Shown one piece after another: positions 54,416 through 64,000 of a DNA stretch of 64,000 nt. The stretch covers positions 48 to 64,047 of the forward strand of contig JAUIDY010000017.1 of assembly GCA_030428385.1 (NCBI GenBank), given 5' to 3'. A program made the position numbers and the translations under genes. The first letter of the stretch is position 1, and every line of letters starts with the position of its first letter. Under the pieces are notes generated by a model that saw only the letters and a program-made list of their open reading frames with translations, did no database searches and was not told the origin of the DNA. This stretch comes from Rhodothermia bacterium. Lineage in GTDB: Bacteria; Bacteroidota; Rhodothermia; Rhodothermales; JAAAOL01.

Positions 54416-55315
54416 CTACTCAGCTTGCGGACTGATTTGCTCGAACAGCGCCTTCGTCTCGGCAAGGCGGGCGGGGTCGTTGATGGCAAAATACCAGAAC
54501 CGCTCCAGATTTATGTCGCCGTCCATGCTAAAAAACTGCATAGTTCCCTGCGACTTATGCTCGGCCACCAGCCAGTTGACAACGATGCGGTAATCCAACC
54601 GCTCCAGGTCGTCGAGTTTTTGCAGCCGGTCGAAGGTGACAACGGGTGTGGCCTGGGTCGTTTTTGTAATCGGATAGCCGGTAAGCTGTTCAAACGCTTG
54701 CACAAACCGGGTGGAATCGGTGCTGCTACCCACGAAGCCGCCCAGCACCACGGGTTTGCGTTCAGCATCGAGCGCTTCGACAGCCTGCAAGGCCAGAATC
54801 GTCGCTCCTTTGTGGTGCCCGTGGAAGCCTTCGTCGATGGGCAGGTGAGCAAAGATGTAGTCGTAGTCGCCGCGTTCGAGGATCTGGATCAGCCGCGTGC
54901 GCACCACATCGGTGTCCCACACATGCTGCAACACGGTATCAACGTTGGTGGTGAACTGGTGGTCGTACTGGTCAAAGAAGAAATAATTGCGCAGCCCGAT
55001 GATGCGCCCGCCCGCCATCAGTTCTTGCTTTCGGATCGCGGGGAGGTGCTTCCGCGCCACGGCTTCGTTGTCGAGGTCCAGCCCGTAGATTGGCTCGGCG
55101 AGGTCGGCATAACGAAAGCCGCCGCTGCCATCGGTGATAAGCGCCAGATCTACGTTGCCGCCCAACTTGTGGGTGATGGCGTAGACGCTGGCGGCAAACA
55201 TGGCGTCGTCATCCGGGTGCGCGGTGACGATGAGCACATCGACGGGATCGGTCTCCTGCGCCAGCAGCGGGGAAGCTAGCAGGACGGAAAGGGATAGCAG
55301 CAAAGAAAAGCGCAC
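54416..55315 (-). CDS. PIG-L/LmbE family deacetylase, secreted
   Basis: VLIVTAHPDDDAMFAA zinc-site motif. A GTG start at 55315 gives the signal peptide MRFSLLLSLSVLLASPLLAQ. The longer ORF (to 55417) runs into repeat element C. Confidence 0.78.
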   Translation of the reverse strand: MRFSLLLSLSVLLASPLLAQETDPVDVLIVTAHPDDDAMFAASVYAITHKLGGNVDLALITDGSGGFRYADLAEPIYGLDLDNEAVARKHLPAIRKQELMAGGRIIGLRNYFFFDQYDHQFTTNVDTVLQHVWDTDVVRTRLIQILERGDYDYIFAHLPIDEGFHGHHKGATILALQAVEALDAERKPVVLGGFVGSSTDSTRFVQAFEQLTGYPITKTTQATPVVTFDRLQKLDDLERLDYRIVVNWLVAEHKSQGTMQFFSMDGDINLERFWYFAINDPARLAETKALFEQISPQAE

Positions 55316-55382
55316 GGCAAAGGGTGATTTGTGGGTTTTATGAGGGAGGTATTTCCAGTTATACGACAAAACGTTCTTTCTT

Positions 55383-55532
55383 GTCATCTCGAACGAATGT
55401 GAGACACGAGGCGACACGAGGGCGCAGCCCGACTGATGTCAATAAACCGACTGACGTAAGTAAATCTCCCAATTTCTGGTTTTGCTAAACGGCAGCGTGG
55501 GGATCTCTCCTTGCTATGCTCGTCGAGATGAC
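55383..55532. repeat. Nested-hairpin intergenic element, copy C (about 150 bp)
   Basis: Arms GTCATCTCGAACGAATGTGAGACACGAGG (55383-55411) and CGTGGGGATCTCTCCTTGCTATGCTCGTCGAGATGAC (55496-55532). The right arm is nearly identical to the right arm of copy B. Confidence 0.6.
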
Positions 55533-55622
55533 ACCTTATTTTTTGTCGTGTCCGCCGACTGTGTATTCAACATGACGGAAACGTTGCAGGAAACGCCAAA
55601 AAAGGCATCACCATGTCGCAAA

Positions 55623-56444
55623 TCACACAAATAAGTCACGCATCAGCGGCACACTCGGATCGACGGCATAGGGTGTCAGGTCGGTGATGCCTGCTTTTTC
55701 CAACACCTCTTCGTCGAGGAAAAAGTGGCCGGTGCACGACGCGCTAGGCTGTGTCAGAATCCAGTGGGCCGCGTCGGCGACGATGGCGGGCGTGCGCGAG
55801 CTTTGGATCATGGCCTCACCGCCAAGCAGGTTGCGCACCGCTGCCGTGGCAATCGTGGTGCGGGGCCATAGCGCGTTCACCGCGATGCCATCGCTCTCAA
55901 ACTCGGTGGCCATGCCCAGCACACACATGCTCATGCCGTACTTCGCCATCGTGTAGGCGCCGTGTTTTTTGAACCACTTCGGGTCCATGTTCAGCGGCGG
56001 CGACAGGTTCAGGATGTGCGGGTTGTCGGCTTGCTGGAGGTAGGGCAGACACACCTGCGAACACAGAAACGTCCCGCGCACGTTCACCTGATGCATCAGG
56101 TCGAAGCGCTTCATCGGCGTGTCGGGCGTCTTCGCCAGAAAGATGGCGCTGGCGTTGTTCACCAGGATGTCGATGCCACCAAACGTGGCGGCGGCTTGCT
56201 CGGTGGCGGCGCGGACTTCCTCCTCAAACCGAATGTCGACCTTAACCGGCAGCGCCTTGCCTCCGGCGGCTTCGATCTCTTCAGCGGCGGTGTAGATGGT
56301 ACCCGCGAGCTTCGGATGTGGCTCCGTGGTTTTGGCGGCAATCACAATGTTCGCGCCGTCGCGGGCCGCCCGCAGCGCGATGGCCTTGCCGATGCCCCGG
56401 CTCGCCCCGGTGATAAACAGCGTCTTTCCGTTGAGGGTGCTCAT
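55623..56444 (-). CDS. SDR family oxidoreductase (HSDL2-like)
   Basis: LNGKTLFITGASRGIGKAIALRAARDGANIVIAAKT and the YTMAK (YxxxK) catalytic motif. Confidence 0.88.
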   Translation of the reverse strand: MSTLNGKTLFITGASRGIGKAIALRAARDGANIVIAAKTTEPHPKLAGTIYTAAEEIEAAGGKALPVKVDIRFEEEVRAATEQAAATFGGIDILVNNASAIFLAKTPDTPMKRFDLMHQVNVRGTFLCSQVCLPYLQQADNPHILNLSPPLNMDPKWFKKHGAYTMAKYGMSMCVLGMATEFESDGIAVNALWPRTTIATAAVRNLLGGEAMIQSSRTPAIVADAAHWILTQPSASCTGHFFLDEEVLEKAGITDLTPYAVDPSVPLMRDLFV

Positions 56445-56572
56445 GCGTCGGTGGGTTAAGTTTGTTTATTCTACTGCCATCAATGATTGCGATGCCAACA
56501 AGATCCACCTTGACCCTTTGTCGCAATTTACCTACACTATTTTAGTCTCGTTTCCCCCAGCGTTCTTTTCTC

Positions 56573-56676
56573 GTCATCACGAAGGATCGCAGATCCTGTG
56601 GTGATCTCACCCCAGTCGAGGTGCTTTTTCCCTTCGGGGTGAGATCGCCACGTCGCCGTTGGCTCCTCGCGATGAC
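56573..56676. repeat. Nested-hairpin intergenic element, copy D
   Basis: GTCATCACGAAGGATCGC...GCTCCTCGCGATGAC termini. Inner inverted repeat GGTGATCTCACCCC / GGGGTGAGATCGCC (56600-56613 / 56636-56649). Confidence 0.6.
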
Positions 56677-56694
56677 GATGGGAGAAGCGTGCTG

Positions 56695-58712
<2,018 letters not shown>

Positions 58713-58716
<4 letters not shown>

Positions 58717-59759
58717 GGCGAAGCGGACGTGGTGCGCAAATGGTTATAGAGGGCGTCTGCAACGACGCGGTGCCCCTCCGGGTTCATGTGGTCGTCCAGC
58801 ACATAATAATGCTGCGGCGAAAGCAGCGGCCCCACATCCAGCGTTTCGATGTGTAAACCCAACGCGGCGGCTTCTTCCAGATGCTCGTTCAGGGCTCGAA
58901 TAAACGCGCCGTCGCTGGGGCTGAAGGTTTGCGATTCAAACACGACGATGCGTAGGCCACGCAGTTGGTCGGCGTGGTGCTTCAGGATGGCCCAAAACAT
59001 CGCCGCTTCTTCGGCATCGGTCAGGGTTTCTTCGATGTTTTGCGGCGCGTTGCCGCGCACCTGATACCACAGCGTCTGCGCGGTGAGGCGGCTCATTACC
59101 CACACGTACTTCCCCAGCCAATAGCGTGTCCGTTGCAGATGGCTATCCACGCGTTGTTGATACTGGGCAGCGCTGCTGATCTGGAGTTCCCCTTGCTCGA
59201 CGTATGGGCGGTTCTCCATGGGGTCGCCTTCGTTGTACTGGATCACAAGCGTCTGCAAGCTATCCGTGGGCAGTTGTTCAAAGAGGCGTAGTTCACGCAC
59301 CGTCCCATACGATGCAATGCCGGCATTAAGCACCGGTTGTTGCAGTTGGCTTTCTAGCCGCTCGACGAAGGTTTCGTCCTGTTCCACGCCCCATCCCATC
59401 GTGTGCGAGTCACCCAGCACCATCACGGCAGGATGCAGCACTTCCTCATCGCGCAACCCCAACGCGTTGATGTGCAAGGTGGTGCGAAACTCAATGTTCT
59501 CAAACTCGCAGGCGCCCGGTCGCAGCCGGTACCCAAGGTCGGAATCATGATGCGCACAGGCGGGCTGATACTGAACGATCTGGCGCATGCTGCCCATGTA
59601 GAGCACCCGCATCTTGTCACGCAGCAAGCCGTCGCCCAACCGCTCGGGATGATGCACCAGCCATCCCAGTGCCCCTTCCACCAATGCCAGCAGCACCAGC
59701 AAAAGGCCGAGGTTAACCAGCATCACCTTCGCCTTATACCGCCAGCGTCCGGGACTCAT
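58713..59759 (-). CDS. Membrane-anchored SGNH/GDSL-like hydrolase
   Basis: N-terminal TM helix (LVNLGLLLVLLALVEG) and block I VMVLGDSHTMGWGV. The stop overlaps the ABC-F GTG start (GTGA). Confidence 0.65.
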
Positions 59760-59786
59760 GGTTCTTGTGGACGCATGATGACGGGA

Positions 59787-61193
59787 TTAATACGCATTGT
59801 CATTCACGAAGCCACTCCACAGGGTCATCAGCATAATCTTCAGGTCGAGCTTCAGCGACCAGTTCTGGATGTAGTACAGGTCGTACTCGATGCGCTTTTC
59901 CAGCGACGTGCTCCCGCGCCAGCCGTTGACCTGCGCCCAACCCGTGATGCCCGCCTTCACTTTGTGCCGCAGCATGTAGCCGGGGATACGCTCCTTAAAC
60001 TGTGCGATGAACACCGGGCGTTCGGGGCGCGGTCCTACCACCGACATGTCGCCCCGAAGCACGTTGATAAACTGCGGCAGTTCGTCGAGGGAGGTGCGCC
60101 GCAGGAACCCGCCCACCTTCGTGGCGCGGTTTTCGCCAGGCTTGGCCCACACCGCACCCGTTTGCGTCTCCGCATCAACGGGCATTGAGCGGAACTTGAG
60201 CATGTCGAACGTCTGTCCGTTCAGCCCCATGCGTTCTTGTCGGTAAAATACCGGGCCGGGCGAGGAGAGTTTTACCGCCACGGCAATGATCAGCAAGATA
60301 GGCGAAGCCAGCAAAAGAAAGAGCGCGGAAAACACCACATCCACGCCGCGCTTGATGAACCGCCGAAATTCGAGGGGGGCTTCGTCGATGAGATGAATGA
60401 CAGGGAGCCCGTCTACGTCCGAGATGCGACTGTTGATAATGTCGAACTGAAACAGGTCGGGCACCAGGCACACATGAGCCAGCCGCGTAGACATCGCCTC
60501 CACAATGCGCTCGATGCGCGTGGCAGCGGTCAGCGGCAGGGCGATATACACGTAGTCAATGGGCGTCTCGGCCGCCTGAAACCGATCCACGACGGCGGCA
60601 GCTTCGTCGGTGGTACCTAGCACATCGGGGTCATCGGGCTTATGGTCGTCCAAAAAACCCACCACTTCGAACCCCATCCACGGGTATTGCTGAAACGACT
60701 GCTCCAGGCGGCGCCCGGCTTTACCGGCGCCCACAATAAGCACCCGTTTGAGGTTTTTGCCCTGCTGCCGCGCCCGGCGGGCGTACGAATACAGCGCCAC
60801 ACGCACCGCCACCATCAAGAGCGGCGTGAGGATGCCAAAAAACACCACTGTCAGCCGCGAAAAGTACAGCTCACGGTAGAACGACAGCGACGCCGACACC
60901 ACCAGCAGTTCCAGAAACACCGCCTTCGCCACCGCAAACACCAGCCTCGGAAGCCGCTGTGCCCGGTCGGACTGGTACAACCCCGACGCCCAGAATACAA
61001 ACGACGAGGCAATCAGAATCCACGGGAGGAAGTAGAGATAGCGCGACAGCGGCACCCATTCGGGCAACGCAAATATCCCGGTCGTGAGCACCTCGAACCG
61101 CAGGTAATAGGACGCGATCCACCCCAACGCCACCAGCACAAAATCTACGAAGAAGAGCGTGCGCTGAAAAATTCGACTTTGTTCGTACAGCAT
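59787..61193 (-). CDS. Exopolysaccharide polyprenyl glycosylphosphotransferase (WcaJ/EpsL-type bacterial sugar transferase)
   Basis: ATG at 61193. N-terminal TM helices, a central Rossmann-like LIVGAGKAGRRL, and a C-terminal sugar-transferase domain PGPVFYRQERMGLNGQTFDMLKFRSM...LDELPQFINVLRGDMSVVGPRP. Confidence 0.88.
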   Translation of the reverse strand: MLYEQSRIFQRTLFFVDFVLVALGWIASYYLRFEVLTTGIFALPEWVPLSRYLYFLPWILIASSFVFWASGLYQSDRAQRLPRLVFAVAKAVFLELLVVSASLSFYRELYFSRLTVVFFGILTPLLMVAVRVALYSYARRARQQGKNLKRVLIVGAGKAGRRLEQSFQQYPWMGFEVVGFLDDHKPDDPDVLGTTDEAAAVVDRFQAAETPIDYVYIALPLTAATRIERIVEAMSTRLAHVCLVPDLFQFDIINSRISDVDGLPVIHLIDEAPLEFRRFIKRGVDVVFSALFLLLASPILLIIAVAVKLSSPGPVFYRQERMGLNGQTFDMLKFRSMPVDAETQTGAVWAKPGENRATKVGGFLRRTSLDELPQFINVLRGDMSVVGPRPERPVFIAQFKERIPGYMLRHKVKAGITGWAQVNGWRGSTSLEKRIEYDLYYIQNWSLKLDLKIMLMTLWSGFVNDNAY

Positions 61194-61481
61194 AACACCC
61201 AGCAACCACTGGCTTTAACAAGCGTGAACACGGTACCGGTTACACCATAAACGAGGCGGTGGCAAGAGAATGAGAGTGGGTGGGCACAATATACACGGAT
61301 CCAACGGGTTATGTGCAAAGGCGACGTTGATTTTTGAGGGACTGGGGGTGCCAGGCAGTATCCATGCAGCCCATTCAAGCATCCCGCCCCTGCGGGTCGG
61401 CATTGCCTTCTCCCTTACGCCCAGTGCCGGGATTTTGTATTTTGCAAACTGGTTGTACTTCCCCATCTGAAACCATCTTAC

Positions 61482-61835
61482 ATGACCAAATATATGCACC
61501 GGCTCCTGCTCGTTGCCGCCTTGTTGGTGGCTGCCTGTGACACCACCGACGAGCCCGAGACCAGAGACGCTGCCTTTGTCGTTACCGGCGATGCTTCCAG
61601 TGCCTTCATCGTCCAGTTTATCGATGAGCTCTCTTTTTCCTCCACCGAAAGGATCCCGTGGGGTACGGCCTTTCCTGCAGCCCCGGGCCTAATGCTTCAG
61701 CTCAGTGCCACCAGCATGGATGAGGGCCAAAGCGTGCGCGTGGCCATTTTGATTGATGGCGAAGAAGTTGAGTTTGCCGAGTCGGAAAACGGTACCGAGA
61801 TCGGCATTGTGTATGAGGTGCCTCCCATCGAATGA
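61482..61835 (+). CDS. Hypothetical lipoprotein
   Basis: Lipobox LLVAALLVAAC|D. No recognisable family. Confidence 0.5.
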   Translation: MTKYMHRLLLVAALLVAACDTTDEPETRDAAFVVTGDASSAFIVQFIDELSFSSTERIPWGTAFPAAPGLMLQLSATSMDEGQSVRVAILIDGEEVEFAESENGTEIGIVYEVPPIE

Positions 61836-61836
61836 C

Positions 61837-62721
61837 TCAGGCCTGCCTCATGGCCAATGCCAGCGCCCCTAAGATACCAGCCCGGTCGCCCAGTCCCGGT
61901 GGTACAATGTACGCCTCGATAGTATCGGTGATAGCGGGGACTTTGACGTACCCGTTCAGCAGCGTTTGCACCTCGGCACGGATCATCGGAAACAGGACTT
62001 CCTGATGCATCACCCCGCCGCCCAGGATGATACGCTCGGGCGAGAGGGTGAGGATGAGGTTGACCAGCGCCAGCGCGAGGTAGTGTGCTTCCAGCGCCCA
62101 CGCCTGATGGTCGGGCGGTAATGCTTCGGCGGGCTTGCCCCAGCGATCCAGCAAGGCCGGACCTGCAGCCAGTCCTTCGAGGCAGTCGCCATGGAACGGG
62201 CAAAACCCCGCGTACGGGTCCCGCGTGCGGTCGTGCGGAATGATGAGGTGCCCCATCTCGGGATGCACCAGCCCCTGCACGGGCTCTCCGTTCACCAGTG
62301 CGCCCCCCCCAATGCCCGTGCCTACGGTAATGTACAGGCACGAACCTATGCCTTGCGCCGCCCCCCAGCGGTGTTCCCCTATGGCAGCGGCATTCACGTC
62401 GGTGTCAAACGCCACCGGCACCTTCAGTTCGCGCTGCAAATGTTTGGCAAGGTCGGTGTTTTGCCAGCCTGGCTTGGGTGTGCTGGTGATGTAGCCGTAC
62501 GTTGGGGAAGTGGGCTGGAGGTCTACCGGACCAAAAGAACCAACACCTAACGCGGTGAGGGTGGGTTGGGCTTCAAAAAAAGCCCGGACGTGGCGCAGCG
62601 TCTCCTCGGGCGTGGTGGTAGGAATGCGCGTGGTACTACGCAGATCATGGGGGCCGGTACCAACAGCACAGACAAACTTGGTCCCTCCGGCTTCGATGGC
62701 CCCATAGAGCGGTGCATTCAT
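61837..62721 (-). CDS. ROK family sugar kinase (fructokinase/Mak-like)
   Basis: [26 protein letters not shown] and the zinc motif HPEMGH...[10 protein letters not shown]. Confidence 0.85.
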   Translation of the reverse strand: MNAPLYGAIEAGGTKFVCAVGTGPHDLRSTTRIPTTTPEETLRHVRAFFEAQPTLTALGVGSFGPVDLQPTSPTYGYITSTPKPGWQNTDLAKHLQRELKVPVAFDTDVNAAAIGEHRWGAAQGIGSCLYITVGTGIGGGALVNGEPVQGLVHPEMGHLIIPHDRTRDPYAGFCPFHGDCLEGLAAGPALLDRWGKPAEALPPDHQAWALEAHYLALALVNLILTLSPERIILGGGVMHQEVLFPMIRAEVQTLLNGYVKVPAITDTIEAYIVPPGLGDRAGILGALALAMRQA

Positions 62722-62936
62722 AGATTTAAGTAAGAGCGGGTTTGATCAACGTCGGCAATCGCGAAAAGGGGCGTACGCATCGCTGCCACACGTGGTCCAG
62801 CCCGCCAAGGCTTTGCCTTGCCCCGATGACGATACGGAGGTTCTTGTTTTTCAGGCTTATTGCTCCTATCCTTTGCCCCCCGTCTCGGCGGTTGGTATCT
62901 TTCTATACCCCGTTTTTCTACCCGCCTCCTGTCCCT

Positions 62937-63269
62937 ATGCGCTATCTTCTTTTTTTGACCCTCGTATTGCTGGGCATGGGCTGTGCTTCATCCGACCCGG
63001 CTACCGAGCCGGAGGGTACAACAATTGTTGTGGAAGGCACCCTTTCGATGCGTGGTAACGAACCGTTCACGGCACTGGTCCTAGAAACAGCGGAACGCAA
63101 TACCTATGTGCTGAACGTGGACGATATGCAGCAAGAAGTGCTCGATTATGGCACGCCCGTACGCGCACGGGTCTCTGGCATTCTCTATCAAGATACGTGG
63201 AATGGACAGCCCTATGCCCACCTGCGCGTCACGTCTATCCTCGACCTTGCCATTGTGCCCAGCAACTAG
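62937..63269 (+). CDS. Hypothetical lipoprotein
   Basis: ATG at 62937. Lipobox LVLLGMGC|A. No recognisable family. Confidence 0.5.
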   Translation: MRYLLFLTLVLLGMGCASSDPATEPEGTTIVVEGTLSMRGNEPFTALVLETAERNTYVLNVDDMQQEVLDYGTPVRARVSGILYQDTWNGQPYAHLRVTSILDLAIVPSN

Positions 63270-63769
63270 CGGCTCCGGCGGCGCTTCAAACTCAGCACCA
63301 GCCCATCCATAAACAGGTGACTGAGGTACCCCACCACTGCCGCTCCATAAAACGGCAACCCGGCCAGCGGGCGTTCAGGGTAAAAAATGTAGGGCAAGAT
63401 GAGCAGGGGCGACGGAATTAAGAACATGGCCCACCACGAATGCGTCCAGCCACGGTGTTTGCCGAGAATGGGAAGAATAGCAAACAGCCCCAAGTAGGCG
63501 GCCTCCTCAAAGTGCCGCGTGGCGATAAGCACCACATCGACAAGGAAAAAGATGGTGTAGAAGATGTTCTGCCCGATGGAGTTGGTATCGACGTCGGGCC
63601 ACAACCCAAACATCAGGCACAGCCCGAATAGCGCCAAGGGAAAAGCTATCAGTTCAACAAGCGTAAATTGCCGGTACGCCGCGTCGATGGAAAAAACATA
63701 AATCAACCCCGCCAGATATACGGCAAAAAATGCGCTCGCCCCTGCAAGATGTCCTCGGTATCCGGCCAT
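63266..63769 (-). CDS. Membrane-bound metal-dependent hydrolase, YdjM/DUF457 family
   Basis: Multi-TM protein. HRGWTHSWW and LSHLFMDGL histidine motifs. Confidence 0.7.
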   Translation of the reverse strand: MAGYRGHLAGASAFFAVYLAGLIYVFSIDAAYRQFTLVELIAFPLALFGLCLMFGLWPDVDTNSIGQNIFYTIFFLVDVVLIATRHFEEAAYLGLFAILPILGKHRGWTHSWWAMFLIPSPLLILPYIFYPERPLAGLPFYGAAVVGYLSHLFMDGLVLSLKRRRSR

Positions 63770-63899
63770 AGGTTTGGGTCTATAAGGTCATTTATTGCTA
63801 TCAGCTATCAGCACAACGTTCTTCGGTTCCTTGTGGCTTCGATTCGTCGTCTCTTCGGCTCGTCGATTCAACCGCTTCCCCTCTCTCCACTTCTCCCGC

Positions 63900-64000
63900 T
63901 CACCCTTTCCTGCGCAACCGTCCCACCCACGCCTGAAGCTCCGAGATGCCGAATCCGTGCGCTAACGCAAGATAACCGATGCCGTAGCTCCCCACCACCA
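63900..64000 (-). CDS. 3' end of an unidentified gene (the rest lies outside the window)
   Basis: Minus-strand frame is open to the window edge and ends ...VVGSYGIGYLALAHGFGISELQAWVGRLRRKG-stop (TGA at 63902-63900). Too short to assign. Confidence 0.3.
   Translation of the reverse strand, partial: VVGSYGIGYLALAHGFGISELQAWVGRLRRKG

Overview
High-GC (roughly 60-65% by eye) chromosomal segment from a Bacteroidota/Rhodothermota-type bacterium. That placement is inferred from eight proteins ending in T9SS (Por) C-terminal sorting domains, an ECF-sigma/DUF4252 operon and PadR-coupled FtsX permeases. I call about 52 CDS. I found no rRNA, tRNA, CRISPR array, transposase, integrase or recognisable defence system. 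All family calls rest on motif recognition by eye; no HMM or BLAST search was possible. Gene starts were re-derived where the longest ORF clearly over-extends, and the start codon was checked in the sequence. Housekeeping genes include pfkA, ubiE/menG, aat, pgeF, gluconokinase, mannose-1-P guanylyltransferase, an ABC-F ATPase, a KamA-family radical SAM enzyme and an AidB-like acyl-CoA dehydrogenase. There are also peptidases (M28, M20D), a TonB-dependent receptor, three small regulator units (two TetR, one PadR), the start of an exopolysaccharide region (polyprenyl glycosylphosphotransferase, SGNH hydrolase) and a 12-kb xylan-degradation locus (GH3, GH43+CBM6, GH30_8 XynC-like, GH10, plus one unplaced clan-GH-A-like enzyme). 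Most interesting items: (1) a secreted protein at 20114-20830 whose mature N-terminus (CTCVPLPQPEQAF...) and cysteine spacing closely mimic the vertebrate TIMP N-domain, fused to a T9SS sorting domain; (2) a membrane protein at 48357-49049 that reads like a circularly permuted acyl carrier protein without the serine, sitting between a methyltransferase and a Rieske oxygenase; (3) the xylan locus, which has T9SS cargo enzymes, no SusC/D pair, a shared unassigned 190-aa module, several distinct palindromic operator candidates and a C10 tract against one start codon; (4) a 10-bp x5 tandem repeat in the promoter region of a giant beta-helix cargo protein; (5) two families of small structured intergenic repeat elements.
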